Part shown: in pieces, positions 28,858 through 43,097 of the stretch | Layout of the letters: every line of letters begins with the position of its first letter | Numbering within the stretch: the stretch's first letter is position 1 | Source: the human T2T-CHM13v2.0 reference genome, Homo sapiens | DNA: 64,000 nt | Strand: one strand, 5' to 3' | Assembly (NCBI RefSeq): GCF_009914755.1 | Contig: NC_060948.1 | Program-made: the position numbers and the translations under genes | The notes under the pieces: model-generated | Seen by the model: the letters and a program-made list of their open reading frames with translations, nothing else | Told to the model about the DNA's origin: nothing | The model's database searches: none

Positions 28858-31800
28858 ATGGAATCAAATCAATGGAAGCCAATCAAATGGAATGGAAAGG
28901 AATTGAATGGAGTAGATTGGATTGGATGGGATTGGAATGAAATGTACTGGAAAGGACTCGAATTTCATGAAACGGAATGGAATGAATTGGAACGGAATGG
29001 ACTCGAATGGAATGGAATGTCATGGAATGGCATCAAATGGAATGGCATCAAATGGAATGGAATCGAATGCAATGGAATGCTATGGAATGGAATGGAATGC
29101 ATTGGAATGGAATGTCCTCTAATGGAATGGATTCGAGTGGAATGGAATCGAATATAATGGAGTCGAATGAAATGGAATTGAAAGGAATGGGATCGAATAC
29201 AATGGAATATACTGGGATGAAATGTAATGAACTCGAATGTAATTGACTGGAATGGAATGTACATGAATGGAATGTAATCGAATGGAAAGTAATCCAATGG
29301 AATAGAATCTAATGCAATAAAATCGACTCAGATAGAGTAGAATGTAATGGAATGGAGTGCAGTGCAATGGAATGGAATGGAATGGAATGCAATGGAATGG
29401 AATGGAATGGAATGGAATGGAATTTAATGGAATGGGATGGAATGGTATGGAATGGATAGTAATGGACTGGAGTGAAATGGACTGGAAAGGAATGGACTCA
29501 AATTGAAAGGGCTCGAAAGGAATGGAGTCAAATGGAATGGTCTGGAATGGAATGAACACGAATGTAATGCAATCCAATAGAATGGTATCGAATGGCATGG
29601 AATATAAAGAAATGGAATCGAAGAGAATGGAAACAAATGGAATGGAATTGAATGGAATGGAATTGAATGGAATGGGAACGAATGGAGTGAAATTGTATGC
29701 AGTAGAAGGTAATAGAATGGAATGCAAGCGAAAGGAAAGGAATGGATTGGAATTGAATGGAATTCATTGGAATGGAAGGGAATGTAGTGTAATGGACAGG
29801 TCTGGAATAAAGTGGAATGCTACGGTCTCAATGGAATAAAAATGTATGGAATGGAATGCAATGAAACGGAATCGAATGTCATAGAATGTAATGGAATGCA
29901 AAAAAATGGAATCCAAAATCATTGACTGGAAAGGCTGGGTGTCGAAAGGAATTGACTCCAATGGAATGGAATCGAATGGAATGGAAGTGAATAGAATCGA
30001 ACTAAATCGAATGGAATGGAATTGATAGGAACGGAATGGAAAGGAATGCAATGATTTGGCATGGAATGGAATCGAATGGCATCGAATGGAATGGAATGGA
30101 ATGCAATGGAATGGAATGTATTAGAATGTAATGAACTTTAATGGAATGTACTCGAATGGATTCGACTGGAATGGAATGTTCCGGAATGGAATGGACTCCA
30201 ATGGAATGGATTCGAAAGGAATGGAATCGAACGGAATGGAATCTAATGGAATGGAATTAAATGGAAATGAATCAAATTGAATAGCACGGAATTGAATTGA
30301 ATGGAATGGAATGCAATGGAATCTAATGAAACGGAAAGGAAAGGAATGGAATGGAATGGAATGGGCTGGAATGGAAAGGAATCGAAACGAATGGAATGGA
30401 ATCGAACTGAAGAGACTGGAATGGAATGCACTGGAATGGAAGGGAGTGTAATGGAAGGTTCTCGAAAATAATGGAAGCAAATGGAATGGAATTGAATGGA
30501 ACGGAATAGAGTCGAATGGAATTGAGTGGAATGGAATGGACTAGAGTGAAATGGAATCGAACCACAAGGAATGGACAGGAATAGAATGGTCTCGAATTGA
30601 ATGGAATCGTATGGAATGGCATCAAACGGAATGGAATGGACAGCCACGGAATGGAATGCACTCGAATGCAATGGAGTCGAAACTAATGGACTGGAATAGA
30701 ATGGACTCGACTGGTACGGACTCCAATGGAATGGAATGGAATGGAAGGGAATCGAACGGAATGGACTCGAAGGGAAAAGACTGCAATGGAAAGGTCTCGA
30801 ATGGAATGCAAATTAATGGAATGGAATGGAATCGAATGAAATGGAGTCAAAAGGAATGGAATCGAATGGCAAGAAATCGAATGTAATGGAATCGCAAGGA
30901 ATTGATGTGAACGGAACGGAATGGAATGGAATCCAAAGGAATGGAATAGAATGGAATGGAATCGAATGGAAAGGACTCGAATGGAAATCACTCGAATAGA
31001 ATGCAATTTAATAAAATAGGATCAAATGTAATGGAATGGAATGGAAAGGAATCGAAACGAAAGGAATGGAGACAGTTGGAATGGAATGGAACAGAGAGCA
31101 ATGGTATAGAATGGAATGGAATCATCTGGAATGGAATTGAATGGAATGGAATAATATGAAATGGAATGGAATGGAATGGAATGGAATGCCCTTGAATTAA
31201 ATGGACTGGAATGGAATGAACTCGAACAGAGTGGAATGGAAAGTGTTGAGATAGAATGGAATGGACCCTTTTGGAATGGTCTAGTATGCAATGCAATCGA
31301 CTGGCAGGGAATCAAAAGGAATGTAATCGAATGGATTAGACTGGAATGCAATGGACTCGAATAGATTGGAAACGGAATGCAAAGGAATGGAATGGAATAG
31401 TATGGAATGGAATGGAAAGGAATGGAGTGGAATAGACTAGAGTGGAATGGAATGGACTGGTAAACAATGGACTGGAATGGAACTTTCTTGAATGGACTGG
31501 AATCAAACGGAATGGAATGCAATGCAATCAAATGGCATGGAATAAAATAGAATGAAAGAGAATCAAATGGAATTGAATCGAATGGAATCGAATGGATTGG
31601 AAAGGAATAGAATGGAATGGAATGGAATTGACTCAAATGGAATGGACTAGAATGGAATGGATTCGAATGGAAGGCAAAGGAATGGAATCTATTGGAATGG
31701 ACTGTAATGGAATGGAATGGAAGGGATTGGAAGGGACTCGAATGGAATGGACTGCAATAGAAAGGATTCGAATGGAATGAAAAAGAATTGAATGGAATAG

Positions 31801-32420
31801 AACAGAATGGAATCAAATCGAATGAAATGGAATGGAATAGAAAGGAATGGAATGAAATGGAATGGAAAGGATTCGAATGGAATGCAATCGAATGGAATGG
31901 AATCGAACGGAATGGAATAAAATGGAAGAAAACTGGCAAGAAATGGAATCGAAATGAATGGAGTGTTATGGAACGGACTCAAAAGGAATTGAATGTAATA
32001 GAATGGAGTGGAGTGGACTCGAATATAATGGACTGGAATGGAATGAAATCACATGGAATAGGAACGAATGGAATGGAATGGAAAGGAATGCAATCGAATG
32101 GAAAGGAATCGAATGGAAGGGAATGAAATTGAATCAACAGGAATGGAAGGGAATAGAATAGACGGTAAAGGAATGGACTCGAATAGAATGGACACTAATG
32201 CTCAAATTGAATGGACTCGAATGGAATGGAAACGAAAGGAATGTCATCGAATGGAATTGAATCGATTGGAATGAAATCGCATAGAATGGAGTGGAATCAA
32301 ATGGAATTGAATCGAAAGGAAAGGAAGCGAATGGACTGAAATGAAATGGAATGGAATTGAATGGAAAGTAATGCAATGGAATAGAATGGAACGAAATTTC
32401 ACGGAATGGAATCAAACTGA
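28858..32420 (+). repeat. DYZ1 unit 9 (3563 bp; HaeIII site lost)
   Basis: +5 tract, -1 at ~29830; CAGGTCTGG at ~29797. Confidence 0.9.
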
Positions 32421-35400
32421 ATGGAATCAAATCAATGGAATCAAATCAAATGGAATGGAAAGGAATTGAATGGAGTAGATTGGATTGGATGGGATTGGAA
32501 TGAAATGTACTGGAAAGGACTCGAATTTCATGAAACGGAATGGAATGAATTGGAACGGAATGGACTCGAATGGAATGGAATGTCATGGAATGGCATCAAA
32601 TGGAATGGCATCAAATGGAATGGAATCGAATGCAATGGAATGCTATGGAATGGAATGGAATGCATTGGAATGGAATGTCCTCTAATGGAATGGATTCGAG
32701 TGGAATGGAATCGAATATAATGGAGTCGAATGAAAAGGAATTGAAAGGAATGGGATCGAATACAACGGAATATACTGGAATGTAATGTAATGAACTCGAA
32801 TGTAATTGACTGGAATGGAATGTACATGAATGGAATGTAATCGAATGGAAAGTAATCCAATGGAATAGAATCTAATGCAATAAAATCGACTCAGATAGAG
32901 TAGAATGTAATGGAATGGAGTGCAGTGCAATGGAATGGAATGGAATGGAATGCAATGGAATGGAATGGAATGGAATGGAATGGAATGGAATGGAATGGAA
33001 TGGAATGGGATGGAATGGTATGGAATGGATAGTAATGGACTGGAATGAAATGGACTGGAAAAGAATGGACTCAAATTGAAAGGGCTCGAAAGGAATGGAG
33101 TCAAATGGAATGGTCTGGAATGGAATGAACACGAATGTAATGCAATCCAATAGAATGGAATCGAATGGCATGGAATATAAAGAAATGGAATCGAAGAGAA
33201 TGGAAACAAATGGAATGGAATTGAATGGAATGGAATTGAATGGAATGGGAACGAATGGAGTGAAATTTTATGCAGTAGAAGAGAATAGAATGGAATGCAA
33301 GCGAAAGGAAAGGAATGGATTGCAATGGAATGGAATTCATTGAAATGGAAGGAAATGTAGTGTAATGGACAGGCCTGGAATAAAGTGGAATGCTACGGTC
33401 TCGAATGGAATAAAAATGTATGGAATGGAATGCAATGAAACGGAATCGAATGTCATAGAATGTAATGGAATGCAAAAAAATGGAATCCAAAATCATTGAC
33501 TGGAAAGGCTGGGTGTCGAAAGGAATTGACTCCAATGGAATGGAATCGAATGGAATGGAAGTGAATAGAATCGAACTAAATCGAATGGAATGGAATTGAT
33601 AGGAACGGAATGGAAAGGAATGCAATGATTTGGCATGGAATGGAATCGAATGGCATCGAATGGAATGGAATGGAATGCAATGGAATGGAATGTATTAGAA
33701 TGTAATGAACTTTAATGGAATGTACTCGAATGGATTCGACTGGAATGGAATGTTCTGGAAGTGAATGGACTCCAATGGAATGGATTCGAAAGGAATGGAA
33801 TCGAACGGAATGGAATCTAATGGAATGGAATTAAATGGAAATGAATCAAATTGAATAGCACGGAATTGAATTGAATGGAATGGAATGCAATGGAATCTAA
33901 TGAAACGGAAAGGAAAGGAATGGAATGGAATGTAATGGGCTGGAATGGAAAGGAATCGAAACGAATGGAATGGAATCGAACTGAAGAGACTGGAATGGAA
34001 TGCACTGGAATGGAAGGGATTGTAATGGAAGGTTCTCGAAAATAATGGAAGCAAATGGAATGGAATTGAATGGAACGGAATAGAGTCGAATGGAATTGAA
34101 TGGAATGGAATGGACTAGAGTGAAATGGAATCGAACCACAAGGAATGGACAGGAATAGAATGGTCTCGAATTGAATGGAATCGTATGGAATGGCATCAAA
34201 CGGAATGGAATGGACAGCCACGGAATGGAATGCACTCGAATGCAATGGAGTCGAAACTTATGGACTGGAATAGAATGCGCTCGACTGGTACGGACTCCAA
34301 AGGAATGGAATCGAATGGAAGGGATTCGAACGGAATGGACTCGAAGGGAAAAGACTGCAATGGAAAGGTCTCGAATGGAATGGAAATTAATGGAATGGAA
34401 TGGAATCGAATGAAATGGAGTCAAAAGGAATGGAATCGAATGGCAAGAAATCGAATGTAATGGAATCACAAGGAATTGATGTGAACGGAACGGAATGGAA
34501 TGGAATCCAAAGGAATGGAATAGAATGGAATGCAATCGAATGGAAAGGACTCGAATGGAAATCACTCGAATAGAATGCAATTTAATAAAATAGGATCAAA
34601 TGTAATGGAATGGAATGAAAAGGAATCGAAACGAAAGGAATGGAGACAGATGGAATGGAATGGAACAGAGAGCAATGGTATAGAATGGAATGGAATCATC
34701 TGGAATGGAATTGAATGGAATGGAATAATATGAAATGGAATGGAATGGAATGGAATGGAATGCCCTTGAATTAAATGGACTGGAATGGAATGGACTCGAA
34801 CAGAGTGGAATGGAAAGTGTTGAGATAGAATGGAATGGACTCCTTTGGAATGGTGTAGTATGCAATGCAATCGACTGGCAGGGAATCAAAAGGAATGTAA
34901 TCGAATGGATTGGACTGGAATGCAATGGACTCGAATAGATTGGAAACGGAATGCAAAGGAATGGAATGGAATAGTATGGAATGGAATGGAAAGGAATGGA
35001 GTGGAATAGACTAGAGTGGAATGGAATGGACTGGAAAGCAATGGACTGGAATGGAACTTTCTTGAATGGACTGGAATCAAACGGAATGGAATGCAATGCA
35101 ATCAAATGGCATGGAATAAAATAGAATGAAAGAGAATCAAATGGAATTGAATCGAATGGAATCGAATGGATTGGAAAGGAATAGAATGGAATGGAATGGA
35201 ATTGACTCAAATGGAATGGACTAGAATGGAATGGATTCGAATGGAAGGCAAAGGAATGGAATCTATTGGAATGGACTGTAATGGAATGCAATGGAAGGGA
35301 TTGGAATGGACTCGAATGGAATGGACTGCAATAGAAAGGATTCGAATGGAATGAAAAAGAATTGAATGGAATAGAACAGAATGGAATCAAATCGAATGAA

Positions 35401-35994
35401 ATGGAATGGAATAGAAAGGAATGGAATGAAATGGAATGGAAAGGATTCGAATGGAATGCAATCGAATGGAATGGAATCGAACGGAATGGAATAAAATGGA
35501 AGAAAACTGGCAAGAAATGGAATCGAAATGAATGGAGTGTTATGGAACGGACTCAAAAGGAATTGAATGTAACAGAATGGAGTGGAGTGGACTCGAATAT
35601 AATGGACTGGAATGGAATGAAATCACATGGAATGGGAACGAATGGAATGGAATGGAAAGGAATGGAATCGAATGGAAAGGAATCGAATGGAAGGGAATGA
35701 AATTGAATCAACAGGAATGGAAGGGAATAGAATAGACGGTAATAGAATGGACTCGAATAGAATGGACAGGAATGCTCAAATTGAATGGACTCGAATGGAA
35801 TGGAAACGAAAGGAATGTCATCGAATGGAATTGAATCGATTGGAATGAAATCGCATAGAATGGAGTGGAATCAAATGGAATTGAATCGAAAGGAAAGGAA
35901 GCGAATGGACTGAAATGAAATGGAATGGAATTGAATGGAAAGTAATGCAATGGAATAGAATGGAACGAAATTTCACGGAATGGAATCAAACTGA
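32421..35994 (+). repeat. DYZ1 unit 10 (3574 bp)
   Basis: +15 tract. Confidence 0.9.
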
Positions 35995-38900
35995 ATGGAA
36001 TCAAATCAATGGAATCAAATCAAATGGAATGGAAAGGAATTGAATGGAGTAGATTGGATTGGATGGGATTGGAATGAAATGTACTGGAAAGGACTCGAAT
36101 TTCATGAAACGGAATGGAATGAATTGGAACGGAATGGACTCGAATGGAATGGAATGTCATGGAATGGCATCAAATGGAATGGCATCAAATGGAATGGAAT
36201 CGAATGCAATGGAATGCTATGGAATGGAATGGAATGCATTGGAATGGAATGTCCTCTAATGGAATGGATTCGAGTGGAATGGAATCGAATATAATGGAGT
36301 CGAATGAAATGGAATTGAAAGGAATGGGATCGAATACAATGGAATATACTGGAATGTAATGTAATGAACTCGAATGTAATTGACTGGAATGGAATGTACA
36401 TGAATGGAATGTAATCGAATGGAAAGTAATCCAATGGAATAGAATCTAATGCAATAAAATCGACTCAGATAGAGTAGAATGTAATGGAATGGAGTGCAGT
36501 GCAATGGAATGGAATGGAATGGAATGCAATTGAATGGAATGGAATGGAATGGAATGCAATGGAATGGGATGCAATGGTATGGAATGGATAGTAATGGACT
36601 GGAGTGAAATGGACTGGAAAGGAATGGACTCAAATTCAAAGGGCTCGAAAGGAATGGAGTCAAATGGAATGGTCTGGAATGGAATGAACACGAATGTAAT
36701 GCAATCCAATAGAATGGAATCGAATGGCATGGAATATAAAGAAATGGAATCGAAGAGAATGGAAACAAATGGAATGGAATTGAATGGAATGGAATTGAAT
36801 GGAATGGGAACGAATGGAGTGAAATTGTATGCAGTAGAAGGGAATAGAATGGAATGCAAGCGAAAGGAAAGGAATGGATTGGAATGGAATGGAATTCATT
36901 GGAATGGAAGGGAATGTAGTGTAATGGACATGCCTGGAATAAAATGGAATGCTACGGTCTCGAATGGAATAAAAATGTATGGAATGGAATGCAATGAAAC
37001 GGAATCGAATGTCATAGAATGTAATGGAATGCAACAAAATGGACTCCAAAATCATTGACTGGAAAGGCTGGGTGTCGAAAGGAATTGACTCCAATGGAAT
37101 GGAATCGAATGGAATGGAAGTGAATAGAATCGAACTAAATCGAATGGAATGCAACTGATAGGAACGGAATGGAAAGGAATGCAATGATTTGGCATGGAAT
37201 GGAATCGAATGGCATCGAATGGAATGGAATGGAATGCAATGGAATGGAATGTATTGGAATTTAATGAACTTTAATGGAATGTACTCGAATGGATTCGACT
37301 GGAATGGAATGTTCTGGAAGTGAATGGACTCCAATGGAATGGATTCAAAAGGAATGGAATCGTACGGAATGGAATCTAATGGAATGGAATTAAATGGAAA
37401 TGAATCAAATTGAATAGCACGGAATTGAATTGAATGGAATGGAATGCAATGGAATCTAATGAAACGGAAAGGAAAGGAATGGAATGGAATGGAATGGGCT
37501 GGAATGGAAAGGAATCGAAACGAATGGAATGGAATCGAACTGAAGAGACTGGAATGGAATGCACTGGAATGGAAGGGAGTGTAATGGAAGGTTCTCGAAA
37601 ATAATGGAATCGAATGGAATGGAATTGAATGGAACGGAATAGAGTCGAATGGAATTGAATGGAATGGAATGGACTAGAGTGAAATGGAATCGAACCACAA
37701 GGAATGGACAGGAATAGAATGGTCTCGAATTGAATGGAATCGTATGGAATGGCATCAAACGGAATGGAATGGACAGCCACGGAATGGAATGCACTCGAAT
37801 GCAATGGAGTCGAAACTAATGGACTGGAATAGAATGGACTCGACTGGTACGGACTCCAATGGAATGGAATCGAATGGAAGGGAATCGAACGGAATGGACT
37901 CGAAGGGAAAAGACTGCAATGGGAAGGTCTCGAATGGAATGGAAATTAATGGAATGGAATGGAATCGAATGAAATGGAGTCAAAAGGAATGGAATCGAAT
38001 GGCAACAAATCGAATGTAATGGAATCGCAAGGAATTGATGTGAACGGAACGGAATGGAATGGAATCCAAAGGAATGGAATAGAATGGAATGGAATCGAAT
38101 GGAAAGGACTCGAATGGAAATCACTCGAATAGAATGCAATTTAATAAAATAGGATCAAATGTAATGGAATGGAATGGAAAGGAATCGAAACGAAAGGAAT
38201 GGAGACAGATGGAATGGAATGGAACAGAGAGCAATGGTATAGAATGGAATGGAATCATCTGGAATGGAATTGAATGGAATGGAATAATATGAAATGGAAT
38301 GGAATGGAATGGAATGGAATGCCCTTGAATTAAATGGACTGGAATGGAATGGACTCGAACAGAGTGGAATGGAAAGTGTTGAGATAGAATGGAATGGACT
38401 CCTTTGGAATGGTGTAGTATGCAATGCAATCGACTGGCAGGGAATCAAAAGGAATGTAATCGAATGGATTGGACTGGAATGCAATGGACTCGAATAGATT
38501 GGAAACGGAATGCAAAGGAATGGAATGGAATAGTATGGAATGGAATGGAAAGGAATGGAGTGGAATAGACTAGAGTGGAATGGAATGGACTGGAAAGCAA
38601 TGGACTGGAATGGAACTTTCTTGAATGGACTGGAATCAAACGGAATGGAATGCAATGCAATCAAATGGCATGGAATAAAATAGAATGAAAGAGAATCAAA
38701 TGGAATTGAATCGAATGGAATCGAATGGATTGGAAAGGAATAGAATGGAATGGAATGGAATGGACTCAAATGGAATGGACTAGAATGGAATGGATTCGAA
38801 TGGAAGGCAAAGGAATGGAATCTATTGGAATGGACTGTAATGGAATGGAATGGAAGGGATTGGAATGGACTCGAATGGAATGGACTGCAATAGAAAGGAT

Positions 38901-39553
38901 TCGAATGGAATGAAAAAGAATTGAATGGAATAGAACAGAATGGAATCAAATCGAATGAAATGGAATGGAATAGAAAGGAATGGAATGAAATGGAATGGAA
39001 AGGATTCGAATGGAATGCAATCGAATGGAATGGAGTCGAACGGAATGGAATAAAATGGAAGAAAACTGGCAAGAAATGGAATCGAAATGAATGGAGTGTT
39101 ATGGAACGGACTCAAAAGGAATTGAATGTAATAGAATGGAGTGGAGTGGACTCGAATATAATGGACTGGAATGGAATGAAATCACATGGAATGGGAACGA
39201 ATGGAATGGAATGGAAAGGAATGGAATCGAATGGAAAGGAATCGAATGGAAGGGAATGAAATTGAATCAACAGGAATGGAAGGGAATAGAATAGACGGTA
39301 ATGGAATGGACTCGAATAGAATGGACACGAATGCTCAAATTGAATGGACTCGAATGGAATGGAAACGAAAGGAATGTCATCGAATGGAATTGAATCGATT
39401 GGAATGAAATCGCATAGAATGGAGTGGAATCAAATGGAATTGAATCGAAAGGAAAGGTAGCGAATGGACTGAAATGAAATGGAATGGAATTGAATGGAAA
39501 GTAATGCAATGGAATAGAATGGAACGAAATTTCACGGAATGGAATCAAACTGA
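35995..39553 (+). repeat. DYZ1 unit 11 (3559 bp; HaeIII site lost)
   Basis: Baseline length; CATGCCTGG at ~36929. Confidence 0.9.
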
Positions 39554-42500
39554 ATGGAATCAAATCAATGGAATCAAATCAAATGGAATGGAAAGGAATT
39601 GAATGGAGTAGATTGGATTGGATGGGATTGGAATGAAATGTACTGGAAAGGACTCGAATTTCATGAAACGGAATGGAATGAATTGGAACGGAATGGACTC
39701 GAATGGAATGGAATGTCATGGAATGGCATCAAATGCAATGGCATCAAATGGAATGGAATCGAATGCAATGGAATGCTATGGAATGGAATGGAATGCATTG
39801 GAATGGAATGTCCTCTAATGGAATGGATTCGAGTGGAATGGAATCGAATATAATGGAGTCGAATGAAATGGAATTGAAAGGAATGGGATCGAATACAATG
39901 GAATATACTGGAATGTAATGTAATGAACTCGAATGTAATTGACTGGAATGGAATGTACATGAATGGAATGTAATCGAATGGAAAGTAATCCAATGGAATA
40001 GAATCTAATGCAATAAAATCGACTCAGATAGACTAGAATGTAATGGAATGGAGTGCAGTGCAATGGAATGGAATGGAATGGAATGCAATGGAATGGAATG
40101 GAATGGAATGGAATGGAATGGGATGGAATGGTATGGAATGGACAGTAATGGACTGGAGTGAAATGGACTGGAAAGGAATGGACTCAAATTGAAAGGGCTC
40201 GAAAGGAATAGAGACAAATGGAATGGTCTAGAATGGAATGAACACGAATGTAATGCAATCCAATAGAATGGAGTCGAATGGCATGGAATATAAAGAAATG
40301 GAATCGAAGAGAATGGAAACAAATGGAATGGAATTGAATGGAATGGAATTGAATGGAATGGGAACGAATGGAGTGAAATTGTATGCAGTAGAAGAGAATA
40401 GAATGGAATGCAAGCGAAAGGAAAGGAATGGATTGGAATGGAATGGAATTCATTGGAATGGAAGGGAATGTAGTGTAATGGACAGGCCTGGAATAAAGTG
40501 GAATGCTACGGTCTCGAATGGAATAAAAATGTATGGAATGGAATGCAATGAAACGGAATCGAATGTCATAGAATGTAATGGAATGCAAAAAAATGGAATC
40601 CAAAATCATTGACTGGAAAGGCTGGGTGTCGAAAGGAATTGACTCCAATGGAATGGAATCGAACGGAATGGAAGTGAATAGAATCGAACTAAATCGAATG
40701 GAATGGAATTGATAGGAACGGAATGGAAAGGAATGCAATGATTTGGCATGGAATGGAATCGAATGGCATCGAATGGAATGGAATGGAATGCAATGGAATG
40801 GAATGTATTAGAATGTAATGAACTTTAATGGAATGTACTCGAATGGATTCGACTGGAATGGAATGTTGTGGAAGTGAATGGACTCCAATGGAATGGATTC
40901 CAAAGGAATGGAATCGTACGGAATGGAATCTAATGGAATGGAATTAAATGGAAATGAATCAAATTGAATAGCACGGAATTGAATTGAATGGAATGGAATG
41001 CAATGGAATCTAATGAAACGGAAAGGAAAGGAATGGAATGGAATGGAATGGGCTGGAATGGAAAGGAATCGAAACGAATGGAATGGAATCGAACTGAAGA
41101 GACTGGAATGGAATGCACTGGAATGGAAGGGAGTGTAATGGAAGGTTCTCGAAAAAAATGGAATTGAATGGAATGGAATTGAATGGAACGGAATAGAGTC
41201 GAATGGAATTGAATGGAATGGAATGGACTAGAGTGAAATGGAATCGAACCACAAGGAATGGACAGGAATAGAATGGTCTCGATTTGAATGGGATCGTATG
41301 GAATGGCATCAAACGGAATGGAATGGACAGCCACGGAATGGAATGCACTCGAATGCAATGGAGTCGAAACTAATGGACTGGAATAGAATGGACTCGACTG
41401 GTACGGACTCCAATGGAATGGAATCGAATGGAAGGGAATCGAACGGAATGGACTCGAAGGGAAAAGACTGCAATGGAAAGGTCTCGAATGGAATGGAAAT
41501 TAATGGAATGGAATGGAATCGAATGAAATGGAGTCAAAAGGAATGGAATCGAATGGCAAGAAATCGAATGTAATAGAATCGCAAGGAATTGATGTGAACG
41601 GAACGGAATGGAATGGAATCCAAAGGAATGGAATAGAATGGAATGGAATCGAATGGAAAGGACTCGAATGGAAATCACTCGAATAGAATGCAATTTAATA
41701 AAATAGGATCAAATGTAATGGAATGGAATGGAAAGGAATCGAAACGGAAGGAATGGAGACAGATGGAATGGAATGGAACAGAGAGCAATGGTATAGAATG
41801 GAATGGAATCATCTGGAATGGAATTGAATGGAATGGAATAATATGAAATGGAATGGAATGGAATGGAATGGAATGCCCTTGAATTAAATGGACTGGACTC
41901 GAACAGAGTGGAATGGAAAGTGTTGAGATAGAATGGAATGGACTCCTTTGGAATGGTGTAGTATGCAATGCAATCGACTGGCATGGAATCAAAAGGAATG
42001 TAATGGAATGGATTGGACTGGAATGCAATGGACTCGAATAGATTGGAAACGGAATGCAAAGGAATGGAATGGAATAGTATGGAATTTAATGGAAAGGAAT
42101 GGAGTGGAATAGACTAGAGTGGAATGGAATGGACTGGAAAGCAATGGACTGGAATGGAACTTTCTTGAATGGACTGGAATCAAACGGAATGGAATGCCAT
42201 GCAATCAAATGGCATGGAATAAAATAGAATGAAAGAGAATCAAATGGAATTGAATCGAATGGAATCGAATGGATTGGAAAGGAATAGAATGGAATGGAAT
42301 GGAATTGACTCAAATGGAATGGACTAGAATGGAATGGATTCGAATGGAAGGCAAAGGAATGGAATCTATTGGAATGGACTGAAATGGAATGGAATGGAAG
42401 GGATTGGAATGGACTCGAATGGAATGGACTGCAATAGAAAGGATTCGAATGGAATGAAAAAGAATTGAATGGAATAGAACAGAATGGAATCAAATCGAAT

Positions 42501-43097
42501 GAAATGGAATGGAATAGAAAGGAATGGAATGAAATGGAATGGAAAGGATTCGAATGGAATGCAATCGAATGGAATGGAATCGAACGGAATGGAATAAAAT
42601 GTAAGAAAACAGGCAAGAAATGGAATCGAAAGGAATGGAGTGTTATGGAACGGACTCAAAAGGAATTGAATGTAATAGAATGGAGTGGAGTGGACTCGAA
42701 TATAATGGACTGGAATGGAATGAAATCACATGGAATGGGAACGAATGGAATGGAATGGAAAGGAATGCATTCGAATGGAAAGGAATCGAATGGAAGGGAA
42801 TGAAATTGAATCAACAGGAATGGAAGGGAATAGAATAGACGGTAATGGAATGGACTCGAATAGAATGGACACGAATGCTCAAATTGAATGGACTCGAATG
42901 GAATGGAAACGAAAGGAATGTCATCGAATGGAATTGAATCGATTGGAATGAAATCGCATAGAATGGAGTGGAATCAAATGGAATTGAATCGAAAGGAAAG
43001 GAAGCGAATGGACTGAAATGAAATGGAATGGAATTGAATGGAAAGTAATGCAATGGAATAGAATGGAACGAAATTTCACGGAATGGAATCAAACTGA
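39554..43097 (+). repeat. DYZ1 unit 12 (3544 bp; copy of unit 6)
   Basis: Same length and same private variants as unit 6 at +21368. Confidence 0.9.
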
